In this document: piece by piece, positions 34,507 through 43,615 of the stretch
How positions within the stretch are numbered: the first letter of the stretch is position 1
Layout: the number at the start of each line of letters is the position of its first letter
Assembly (NCBI GenBank): GCA_050115475.1
Contig: JASFQL010000012.1
Location: 255 to 64,254 of the forward strand
Origin: Anaerolineales bacterium
GTDB lineage: Bacteria; Chloroflexota; Anaerolineae; Anaerolineales; UBA11579
Direction of reading: 5' to 3'
DNA: 64,000 nucleotides
Position numbers and translations under genes: made by a program
Notes under the pieces: model-generated
Told to the model about the DNA's origin: nothing
Database searches by the model: none
What the model saw: the letters and a program-made list of their open reading frames with translations, nothing else

Positions 34507-37500
34507 TTATCTCACCTCGATCAAAACCGCTTCCACGATGATTCTGTCCGGGTACATTTGTAATACTTCATTATACTCCCCACACGTCATCAGAGTGACC
34601 CGGTCGTAAGCGTCGTGCTTGAAGATCGAGAAGTCTCGAGCTGACACTGTTTGGTTATCGAGTACCTGATAGATATATTCGTGACCCCAGGCATGGATGG
34701 TAAACGTGTCTCCCCATCGCATATCCTTGAGGTTGTAGAATGGTCCCGGCAACCCATCGGCGTTAACCACGTGGGCGGTAATGAAGGTATTCCCGGGTTG
34801 TCCGATCCCGGCTGTGCCGGCCAGATGCCCGGCTTGCTTCCCCAACCACGTCACTTCCCAACCCTTTTCCGTGAACGGGACCCCGACAATCGGTATATCG
34901 ATTCCCAATCGTGGGATCTCTATCCGGAAATCATTATAGCTTTGATAGGCAGATTCTTCTGGTTGCGGCGGAAGGACGGTCACCTCTCCCGGAGCGAAGC
35001 CTGTTTCCACTAAGAGTTCAACCCTCACGATAGACACATCCCCGTAAGTGTTTACCAGGTCGAGAGGATCGTAAGACCGCTCAACAGAAAGAATGTTGAA
35101 TGGGGATAGCGGTGTTGAGACATCACCCGGTAGACTGGTCCATTCTGCCGAGGCTTCATTGATGATCCCGCCAGGAGGGAAGGAAACGATTTCGACATCG
35201 AATTGGAAAGCCGCAATCTCTCCGGGACGGACTTCATCCCAAATAACTTGCAGGATGTTCCCCGGCAGGATGTTGAGGGTGGCGGGACCTGTAGCAGTGT
35301 TCGTCGAGCTGAGGATGAAGGTAGTAGCAGGATTGAAGAGGACTGTCCCTATTGGGACTTCATCCTGAGATTCGACATCGTAGGCGATGGAGTCGCTCAC
35401 GCCAGCATGCTCTATACTCACATAGAAGGTAATCACCTGGCCTGGAAGGGCTTGCGCCTGGCTGACTGACTTCGTAACAGACAATGTCGGTTCAATAACG
35501 GTCACATCATCCGTAGACTCAGGCCCAAGCTGGCTGACTTGTGTTCCGTTGTTCCACTCCCACGTTGCCGCGTTGTTCATGGTCACACCGCGCGTATTGA
35601 CAGAACTGTTCAGTACAATCGCCCGGTAGATGATTTCCACTTGTTGGGCGCTGGTCGTGTTGTTCGTAACTATCCCCAGGTTGAAGGTGATCAACCGGCC
35701 GTCGTCCGTGGGGGAGATATGTGGTGGGGCGCTGTCAATCACAGGATGTGTGCCCACTGATCCTGGTGGTGGTCCAAAGCCCTGGTCGCAGACAGTATTA
35801 CCCACGCTTAGGTTAGGTGCAGAAATAGCTGGAGCAGCAGTCCCATCACCGCAGCCCAAGAAGGCTAAACCTTGATCGAGCACATCTATCACGGTCGCAT
35901 CATTCATTGATACAGACCCAGGCGCAGGGGCTGATGCCCCCGGAACCTCTAACACCAGCCTATAAGTCAGGATGGTCCCCAACGTAGCCGGGATAGGGGG
36001 TGTGAAGGGGGGGCTTTGAGCTGGTTCGCTGACCGCGATGATCTCCTTACTCACCAGCCGCCCGACCACATCGTGGTCGTCATCCGATGCCTGTACGGGT
36101 ACACCACCGCTGTTGTTTCCGTCATCCTCGATGACAGCAGTATCGGAAATATGTGTGATACCCGCCGCTAAAGGATTATCGACGTCCACGGCGAAGTTCA
36201 CCGTATATATTCCCCCTGTCTGAGCATACAGGTTCCCCGTTGATGGTACTCCGTGACCCACGTCGACAATGTGTGTGCATACAGAACCAGCCGGCGCGCC
36301 GTCGCTGCAGCTCCACACACCCGATCCGCCGCTTTCAGCTTCATTGAAGGTCGTCCCCGTAGAAACCGTTTCAGTGATGAACACCCCTGTGGCGTCTTGG
36401 GTCCCCACATTATCGAAAGTGAGGAGGTAAACAATGGTCGATCCAGGAGCGGTGATATCGATGCTGTCATCTTTGACAATCGTCAGGATCGGCACTGCGT
36501 CCGTCGGGGCGGAGTCGCTGTCTTCGTTGTTCGCAGGCGTTGGTTCTGGCCCGTCCTGGGCTTCGTTGTAAGCGATCGAAGCCGTGTTGTCGATAGTGTC
36601 GATGCCGGCCGGTAGTGGGTCCACAACGGTCACGGCGAAATTCACCGTGCCTTGATAAATGTGCGTCCCCGGTGGGCTGGGGTCGTTCGCCCCATGCAGG
36701 ATCCCCGCGCCCAAACCTGCGTCGATGGTATGCGTACAGGTCGTCCCCGCTGGTGAATTGTTTGCGCAACTCCACACCCCCGCGCCGCCGCTGGCAGCCT
36801 CGTTGAAGGTCGTTCCATCTGGGACAGTGTCTGTAATCGTCACACCGTTTGCCGTTCCCGAGCCGTCGTTATAGTAATCGAGTGTAAAAGTGACGATGCT
36901 GCCGGGCACGTATGGTCCGCCGGCAGGAGCGATTTTATCGATTCTCAGGTCGGGGTTTATGACCGTCACAGTCTCGACATCGCTATTCGAATCGGTCCGG
37001 TCGTTGGCCGTATCCTCTGGAAGTGACGACCAGTCCACCTGGACAGCGTTGTCGAGTAAGATGGCCGTCGCGCTCGTCACATCGACCACATTCACGTCGC
37101 CCGGTGCTGCGATCTCTGCGCGGTAGGTGAAAGTGACCGTCTGCCCAACATCGATCATCGTTCCTGTATAGGCTGTACCGGGTGTCCACGCTGCCGTATC
37201 CGCCGTAAAGCTGATGACTTGAGGGGTAGGAGGTGTGGTGCTCGGTTTTGTGATCGTCCATCCGGCGGGTGCAGTCGTGTTGACGTCGTCGATATAGGTC
37301 ATCCCCGCAGGTATCGTATCGGTAATCACCGCCTGGTAAGCCGGTGCGGTGCCGTTGTTGGTCACCTCGATGCTGTATTCGATGACTGCCCCCAGGATAG
37401 CCGTGCCGCTTGCAGGTGTGACCACGGCGGCGGTTTTATCGATATCCAGAATAGGCACAACCACGTCCACGTCGGTTGTGACAGTTGGATTGGGAACAAC

Positions 37501-40500
37501 CGGATTGTTGTTGTCCACTTCGCCGGTGTTGGCCAGGTCGTCGCCGTCTTGGTTTTCGCTGTCATCGATGAGGACCGCGACCACTTCCACCCGCACCCGA
37601 TCGTTGTCGTTGGGTCCCAGGTTATCGGCGACGTTGACCACGTCTCCGAAATCGAAGGTCACCGTATCGTTGCCAGGGTTGATCGTCCCGGGACTTCCTA
37701 CCGATAAAATGCTCCCGGTGATGTTCGCGCCGATGTGCAGCACCTGTGAACTGACCGCTTCCAGGATGCCCGCATCAGGGGGCACCGTCGGGAGGTGATC
37801 TGTGATGGTCAGTGGGATCGTCGATCCTTCTGGCAGGGTGACTTCGATCACGAATGTCACTTCCTCCCCGATGGTGAGGTCGATGTCTATCCCATCGTGC
37901 TGGCTGGAGGTCGTTTCCACGACCGTTGTACCCGTGATCGCCTTGGTGATAGCTGGGTCTGTAATGTTGAAGTCTACGCTGTCGCTGGCCTCATAATCGT
38001 GGGTCTCGCCGTTCGGTAAAGTCGTGTCGCCCGTACGTTCCACAGAGAGCGGGTTGGGGGCAATCGGTGTTGTCTCATCGCCCGGCAAACTCGTCCAGCG
38101 GTTAATCGCCTCGTTTGTCACCACCAGGGAAGGTTCCACCGTATTCGCCATCGCCCCATCGATGGTTAAGGTAATGATGTGCGGGTCGGCGCCATCCAGC
38201 AAAACGTCGAAGGCTGTCACCGTCGATAGTGTATAGCCGGTCGCGTCGCTGCCTGTGAGGCTGAAGTTTGCGCTCGTCACCAACGATTTCGTATCGCTTA
38301 CCGTCAAAGTCAGCGGTCCCTGGATGTAAGATTCTCCAGAGCCGTTCACCGGCAGTGCGTCGTCCAGGGTCACGTCCAGTGCGTCGATGCTGCTGGTCGC
38401 CAGGTCGTGGCTGATGACAATTTCGTATGAGATGGCATCCCCCGCGTCGCCCACAGAAGCGCCCGCGATCGTCTTATCGACTTCGAGAAGTGCCTCTTTG
38501 ACCTGGACGGTAGTCGAGGAAGTCTGTGTTTGGACGTTGGGCGGGACGCCCCAATACCACGTCGCCGTGTTATGCAAGTCGAAACCATCTATGTTGACGG
38601 CTGCGTTCAAGACAATCGCTCGGTACCGCAGCACGATCTGTTCGTCCGTGCCGTTATCTGTATCCGAGTTTGTAACGATCCCGAAGTCCAATGTCAGCCT
38701 GCGGTCCTGGTTGATATCGCCGGCTCCTTCATCGCTGACGATGGCATTTGCGGCTACCTGTGGGAAGCCGCCGGGTATGGTCGTAGATAAGCCCGGTGAG
38801 GCAGACACCAGGGTAACAATCGGGCTGTCGTTTGCCATGAACGCCATCCCCTGGTCGAGGAGGTCGTCGAAGTCTACAGGCTGGGAGGTGCCCTCAGGCA
38901 GTGTGATGGCCACCTGGTAGGTGACGATCTCCCCGATAGCCGCTTCAACGGGAACAGCCAGATCGGATGTGTGAGCCTGGTCCGTCCCCACAAGCGTCTT
39001 CCCGACGACCGCGTTGTTGATTTGTAAAGTCGCATCGTCTGTATCGGTGTAATCATCCCGCTCGGTCGAGTCGGGGTTGTGCGTCGATTGCGGTGTGCTT
39101 ACGTCCCCATCGAGACTCGACCAAAAGATTTCCGCCTCGTTGATGATATCGCTCCCTGGTGATACAGAGATTCCCAGCGTGCCGCTGAAGCTTAGCGTGA
39201 TAGTGCGTGCAAGGTCATAAGGAAAATCGAAAGGCGTCACGGTGGTGAGTGTTCGCCCGGTAAGGTCGAAGTAGCTTGCATCCACAATCCCATCTGTATC
39301 CACCACACTGTCTAAAGAAATGCTGTCGACTTCAGTCGGGAATTCCTCTTCCAGGGTCACCTCGAAGGCATCCGTTTGTGAATCTGTGGGGTTGTGTTGG
39401 ATGATAAACGTATAAGTGACCGGGTCGCCGTAATCGCCTGTGTTCGGCACCACGTCCTTGTCCACATCCAGGTCTGGTTCGATCACCTCGACTTCGTTAG
39501 CGCTGTCTGTTAAAGAAACCCGCCCGCCGGCATCATCATCCCATTCCCATATTGCCTCGTTGTTCAACACCGTGACCGGGGCCGGTAAACCGTTATTCCC
39601 CAGCACATCCAATACGACGGCGCGGTAGACGATTTCGAGCGTCTCTTCCGTTGTATTATCGTTGTCGCTGTTGGTTAGTGTGCCGAAATCGAAGGTGATG
39701 CGATTCCCCGTTCCGCCGTTTGCGTTGCTGATGACGGCATTATCCATAATGTCGTAAAATGTGCCTGCACTCGAAGAGATGAGTGAGGTAGGTGTGCCGC
39801 CGTGCAGTGGGGTGATCGAATCTGGGGGCGTTGGCAGCGATTGGTCGATGTCCATGAATGCCAGGCCGGCATCCAGGGTGTCGACCAGGGTCACGTTCTC
39901 AGATTCGCCTTCAGGCACGACTACGGTGAGTTTATAGATGACGACTTCGCCGATAGCGACCTGCAGTCCGCTGGTAAATCCTTGATTGGTATCGTCTACG
40001 TCTTTTGTCAGCCCGAAGTTGGCAGCCGCTGTGGTTGAGTCGTCGGTATGTACCCCTTCCGTGGGATGGTCCCCCGGGCCGCCTGCATGGACGTGGTTGG
40101 TTCCACCATCCTCGCCGGCGTAGTTCTCCAGGGTAGCTGTATTGGGAATTTCTACCAATGGCGTGATATCTGGATCGATTTCCAGGTCGTAGGTGATGAT
40201 GACGATATTCGTGCCCGCCGCAGGAGTGTACCCCTGGCAGATGCCCTGGTTGATATTGTCGTTCAGTTCGATGCCGTCGCCAAATAAGTCCCTGGGGTCT
40301 CCATTCGGGCCTAGATAGCTGATCCCCGGCGAGGCAACCAGGTCGGTGCCGTCGCCGAGATATACCTGCAGGTTCAGGTTGTTGTAATCATCCCCCGGAT
40401 ATCGGTATCCCGTTGGGAGGACATCTGTTATCACGATGTCGAAAGCGCCTTTACTGCTGTGCCCTGTGTTCTCGATGATGATGGCGAATTTGACTAGGTC

Positions 40501-43323
40501 GCCGTCTCCGGGCGGTGTTGCCTGGTCTCCCCCATCCACGTCGCTCACATCTGCGTCGATGATCCCTGCGCCGCTGCCGTCGTCGTTGATATATCCGGTC
40601 CCCGCCCCATTGGACGTGATTGGCCCGCCGCTCCACGGAGGTGAGCCTGGGTTGCCGGGGTCGGTCCAGCTGATCCCCGGAGGGGCTACCGAACCCGTAA
40701 AGGTTCCATTCGGGTTGCTGGTTGAAACAGCGCCTTTCTTGATGGTCAAGAGCGGCTCTTCGATGATAATCTGCACGATATCGTCATTGAATTGGTTCCC
40801 CGCGTTCGTCGAACTTTCCCCGCCGGTTCCCTGGTTGGTCAGGTACAGCAGGTCGGCGAACGGCTCGCTGGAGACTGTTGCCGTAAGTAGTACGTCGATG
40901 ACCGACTCTAAGGAAGGATCGATATCGAAGTTCCCGTAATAGATATCGATGCTGTTCGACGCCGGAAAAGCTGTGACCGTGGGCAGCGGTGCCCCTAATA
41001 GGTGCTGTGTGTCCGATGGATGGTACGCCACCACGCCCGGCCCTGGGACGCCTGCGGGAGGCCAGGTGGAGTCGAAAGACCAACTCGACGAACCGGTCTG
41101 GGCTGGGTCGGACACATCGAATATGGGCGAAGGCAGGAAATCGGTTAACACCAGCTCTTCGTAATCACTGGTGGGGAGGGTGAAAGTCAGGCGGTAGGTC
41201 ACCTCGTCCCCCGGTTCTACCAGGGGCGGTGTGGCAAAGGGGCTGTACGTATACGATGTTCCATCGAAAAAGGCATACACTTGCTTGGTCAATTCGCCCC
41301 TCGGGATCGTGATGTCCACGTCGCTGTTATCCGGGACGCGGTTGCTGAGATCGGTTAGGTCGATTGTATTGACCAGTAAGCCGTCGATGTCCACCTCGTT
41401 GGTGAGTTCATCGCCCTGGTCGACGCTCTCATCCCCGTTGCCGGGTATCAGGTAGATGTCCGTAAACTCTTCCTGGATGACAGTCTGGAAGGTGATCGTG
41501 CCGGTGGTCGGGCCATCGTCCACTGGGACAGGTGTTGGTGGAGAATCGCTGCAGTCCAGCGATCCCACCCCGATCCCGCCGCTGTCCACACAGCCGCCCA
41601 AGAGCGTACCTGCGGCAGAGCCGCTGCCCCCGCTCCAGGTGCGGAAAATCAACTCATCGGATACACGGAATTCAATCACCGTATCTCCATCCTCATAGGG
41701 GGCTGGAGCAGGAACCCCATCGCTGCCCCCTGTAAAATACTCCCAAACCGTATAATTGCTCGAATCGAACGCTGCTGTCGTATAGGTGCTCCCATGTTCG
41801 ACCAACGTCAGCGTTGGAGTACCTGTCAGGCGGTGTCCGTCGCCGATGATATCGGTGATGACGATGTCCCGGAAGGCAAAATAATCCGAAATCTGGAAAT
41901 CGATCGTGAATGTGAGAACGTCACTCGGTGAATACCCCGTAGGGGGATTATCCGTGAGGATGTGCCCTTTTTGGATCGCAATCGCCTGATCGCTGACCGT
42001 TACCGAGGGCGTGCACACCGGGCAGGGACCGCCGGTGACGGTGATGGGTTGGATGCCGGGTGTGCCCAGGTCGCCGTCGTCGCGCGCATCGATAGGCACC
42101 CAATCCCCGGTCGAGTCTATCGTGTTGACGGATGAGTTTGCTGCCCCTGTATCTGCCGGGACGATGACTCCGGATGTGTTGTCGATTCGAGGGATAAAGA
42201 AATCATACGTGATCGTGATGTCATCCCCTGCCCCGCCGGTGATCGAATTGTACCTGAAAGACATCGTCGCCCCGTTGGCGGGTGTCGCCCCGACTGCAGG
42301 GACACCCGAAGCCGAGTCATAGGCGGGGCTGGCGCTGATCCCCCCCAAATAGGTGATTTCCCCGTCAAAGGTATCGATCACATCCAGGTTGCTGATGGTC
42401 TGTCCCTCGGCGATGTCGACCGTAAGTGTATACGTATGGGGGAAGTTAGGACCTGTCGCAGTCTCCCCCTCTGCAGGGTCTTGGGCTTTCGAGACCGTCA
42501 TCAAGACTGGGCTGACCGGCGAACTCGACCAGGTGCCCATGATGACCGTCGGGTCGCAGCAGGGGTCGTCCAGGGGATTTTCACCGTACCGGAAACCGCC
42601 CCGCGCCTCGATGTCCAGCGCTGTGCCGGGGTCGGCCAGATCGCTCAACGATGCCTCGACAGTAATGGTAGCAGGAGACTGCTCTTGTGTGAAAGAACCG
42701 AAGGGAAGCAGGGCAATAACGAGTTGGTCGCCAGGAGTGCCGCACACGGGGATAGGTTCACCCAGCGTATCCAGAGCGTAAGGGTGATCGATCCGCCCGT
42801 CGCCGCCGGGGTAGCAGTCAGGGTCGGCGGGGTCAAGAGCGGGAAAGACGGCGTCGTAGGTCTCCAGGGAGAGGCCCTGGTAGGTCACATCTTGGGAAGC
42901 ATTATTGAAAAAGACCCCATCTGGTGTATCCGTACCCGCCGCGCCGTCGGCCCCGTTGCGGGGCAGGATGATATCGACGTAAGGCCCATAACCAATATCA
43001 CCGCTGGTGTTGCTGAAGTCGATCGTGAAAGTGAAATCGTTTCCCAGCATCACGCCGGAGGGGACGTTCACGCTTACGCTGGGCGCAGGTTGGAATAAAA
43101 ATCTTACAGCTCCGGAGCTTTGCGGGTCTCCGGGGGATGGATCGCTGTTAATATCATTTGAAGGGATTGAACTCGCCTCGGATCCAAAATCATCTTGAGC
43201 GTAGGCAGGTGGCAGAGAGCCTATTAATGGACTGAATGCGGTGCTTACCCAAATGATTGCGATGAGGAATTTAAATGCTCGACTGAGTCGGCGACGGTTA
43301 ACGAGGGTAGTACGTCCTGCCAT
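34507..43323 (-). CDS. Giant (2,938 aa) secreted repeat protein: DUF11 / pilin-like isopeptide-type domains with a C-terminal sortase domain
   Basis: Single uninterrupted 8.8-kb ORF with GGAG 8 nt upstream. N-terminal signal peptide (FKFLIAIIWVSTAFSPLIGSLPPAYA-QD). Multiple L-x-(V/I)-(D/T)-K...G-x-x-(I/V)-x-(Y/F) domain starts (e.g. LDIDKTAAV..., LRIDKIAPA..., LTIVKDDSI..., LSVTKSVSQ...). The last 168 aa carry sortase signatures (see findings). Confidence 0.9.
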   Translation of the reverse strand: MAGRTTLVNRRRLSRAFKFLIAIIWVSTAFSPLIGSLPPAYAQDDFGSEASSIPSNDINSDPSPGDPQSSGAVRFLFQPAPSVSVNVPSGVMLGNDFTFTIDFSNTSGDIGYGPYVDIILPRNGADGAAGTDTPDGVFFNNASQDVTYQGLSLETYDAVFPALDPADPDCYPGGDGRIDHPYALDTLGEPIPVCGTPGDQLVIALLPFGSFTQEQSPATITVEASLSDLADPGTALDIEARGGFRYGENPLDDPCCDPTVIMGTWSSSPVSPVLMTVSKAQDPAEGETATGPNFPHTYTLTVDIAEGQTISNLDVIDTFDGEITYLGGISASPAYDSASGVPAVGATPANGATMSFRYNSITGGAGDDITITYDFFIPRIDNTSGVIVPADTGAANSSVNTIDSTGDWVPIDARDDGDLGTPGIQPITVTGGPCPVCTPSVTVSDQAIAIQKGHILTDNPPTGYSPSDVLTFTIDFQISDYFAFRDIVITDIIGDGHRLTGTPTLTLVEHGSTYTTAAFDSSNYTVWEYFTGGSDGVPAPAPYEDGDTVIEFRVSDELIFRTWSGGSGSAAGTLLGGCVDSGGIGVGSLDCSDSPPTPVPVDDGPTTGTITFQTVIQEEFTDIYLIPGNGDESVDQGDELTNEVDIDGLLVNTIDLTDLSNRVPDNSDVDITIPRGELTKQVYAFFDGTSYTYSPFATPPLVEPGDEVTYRLTFTLPTSDYEELVLTDFLPSPIFDVSDPAQTGSSSWSFDSTWPPAGVPGPGVVAYHPSDTQHLLGAPLPTVTAFPASNSIDIYYGNFDIDPSLESVIDVLLTATVSSEPFADLLYLTNQGTGGESSTNAGNQFNDDIVQIIIEEPLLTIKKGAVSTSNPNGTFTGSVAPPGISWTDPGNPGSPPWSGGPITSNGAGTGYINDDGSGAGIIDADVSDVDGGDQATPPGDGDLVKFAIIIENTGHSSKGAFDIVITDVLPTGYRYPGDDYNNLNLQVYLGDGTDLVASPGISYLGPNGDPRDLFGDGIELNDNINQGICQGYTPAAGTNIVIITYDLEIDPDITPLVEIPNTATLENYAGEDGGTNHVHAGGPGDHPTEGVHTDDSTTAAANFGLTKDVDDTNQGFTSGLQVAIGEVVIYKLTVVVPEGESENVTLVDTLDAGLAFMDIDQSLPTPPDSITPLHGGTPTSLISSSAGTFYDIMDNAVISNANGGTGNRITFDFGTLTNSDNDNTTEETLEIVYRAVVLDVLGNNGLPAPVTVLNNEAIWEWDDDAGGRVSLTDSANEVEVIEPDLDVDKDVVPNTGDYGDPVTYTFIIQHNPTDSQTDAFEVTLEEEFPTEVDSISLDSVVDTDGIVDASYFDLTGRTLTTVTPFDFPYDLARTITLSFSGTLGISVSPGSDIINEAEIFWSSLDGDVSTPQSTHNPDSTERDDYTDTDDATLQINNAVVGKTLVGTDQAHTSDLAVPVEAAIGEIVTYQVAITLPEGTSQPVDFDDLLDQGMAFMANDSPIVTLVSASPGLSTTIPGGFPQVAANAIVSDEGAGDINQDRRLTLDFGIVTNSDTDNGTDEQIVLRYRAIVLNAAVNIDGFDLHNTATWYWGVPPNVQTQTSSTTVQVKEALLEVDKTIAGASVGDAGDAISYEIVISHDLATSSIDALDVTLDDALPVNGSGESYIQGPLTLTVSDTKSLVTSANFSLTGSDATGYTLSTVTAFDVLLDGADPHIITLTIDGAMANTVEPSLVVTNEAINRWTSLPGDETTPIAPNPLSVERTGDTTLPNGETHDYEASDSVDFNITDPAITKAITGTTVVETTSSQHDGIDIDLTIGEEVTFVIEVTLPEGSTIPLTITDHLPTVPPDAGILEAVSSQVLHIGANITGSILSVGSPGTINPGNDTVTFDFGDVVNVADNLGPNDNDRVRVEVVAVLIDDSENQDGDDLANTGEVDNNNPVVPNPTVTTDVDVVVPILDIDKTAAVVTPASGTAILGAVIEYSIEVTNNGTAPAYQAVITDTIPAGMTYIDDVNTTAPAGWTITKPSTTPPTPQVISFTADTAAWTPGTAYTGTMIDVGQTVTFTYRAEIAAPGDVNVVDVTSATAILLDNAVQVDWSSLPEDTANDRTDSNSDVETVTVINPDLRIDKIAPAGGPYVPGSIVTFTLDYYNDGSGTANGVTITDTVPDGTTFNEAASGGAGVWSCANNSPAGTTCTHTIDAGLGAGILHGANDPSPPGTHIYQGTVNFAVTVVDPLPAGIDTIDNTASIAYNEAQDGPEPTPANNEDSDSAPTDAVPILTIVKDDSIDITAPGSTIVYLLTFDNVGTQDATGVFITETVSTGTTFNEAESGGSGVWSCSDGAPAGSVCTHIVDVGHGVPSTGNLYAQTGGIYTVNFAVDVDNPLAAGITHISDTAVIEDDGNNSGGVPVQASDDDHDVVGRLVSKEIIAVSEPAQSPPFTPPIPATLGTILTYRLVLEVPGASAPAPGSVSMNDATVIDVLDQGLAFLGCGDGTAAPAISAPNLSVGNTVCDQGFGPPPGSVGTHPVIDSAPPHISPTDDGRLITFNLGIVTNNTTSAQQVEIIYRAIVLNSSVNTRGVTMNNAATWEWNNGTQVSQLGPESTDDVTVIEPTLSVTKSVSQAQALPGQVITFYVSIEHAGVSDSIAYDVESQDEVPIGTVLFNPATTFILSSTNTATGPATLNILPGNILQVIWDEVRPGEIAAFQFDVEIVSFPPGGIINEASAEWTSLPGDVSTPLSPFNILSVERSYDPLDLVNTYGDVSIVRVELLVETGFAPGEVTVLPPQPEESAYQSYNDFRIEIPRLGIDIPIVGVPFTEKGWEVTWLGKQAGHLAGTAGIGQPGNTFITAHVVNADGLPGPFYNLKDMRWGDTFTIHAWGHEYIYQVLDNQTVSARDFSIFKHDAYDRVTLMTCGEYNEVLQMYPDRIIVEAVLIEVR

Positions 43324-43493
43324 AATGCTTCTCCAAGGCTTATTCTTTTTTATGATGCTAAATTGACTAATTATATACCGATTAGCCCATTAGTACCATC
43401 CCTCACAATAAACTTAAATATTCATTATCAGCCGGTCGATATTCATTTTTCATCAATTTCCATCTCCCCGATTGTAAAAAATTTCTAATCCAT

Positions 43494-43530
43494 AAAAAAA
43501 CTGCCCGTTAAGATAGCCTAACGAGCAGTT
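43494..43530 (-). terminator. Intrinsic terminator after the FG-GAP gene, separating it from the giant gene
   Basis: On the - strand: AACUGCUCGUUA-8 nt-UAACGGGCAGUU (12 bp, one G-U) followed by a U7 run. It lies 85 nt after the FG-GAP stop. Confidence 0.7.
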
Positions 43531-43615
43531 TACTTCCATTTTTTTATCTCCTTATATAGAAACCTCTCCTTTGATTTGACTGACTATAAAATCCTTCCTT
43601 CAACTGCATTCAATC

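Noticed and set aside
34651-43198. About 40 ORFs of 60-220 aa on both strands inside the giant gene (e.g. 42436-43098 +, 38387-38920 +, 36467-36775 -)
   Set aside because: All are nested in a single 8.8-kb ORF with coherent domain repeats. Their translations are Arg/Gly/Pro-rich, as is typical of off-frame reading of GC-rich coding DNA.
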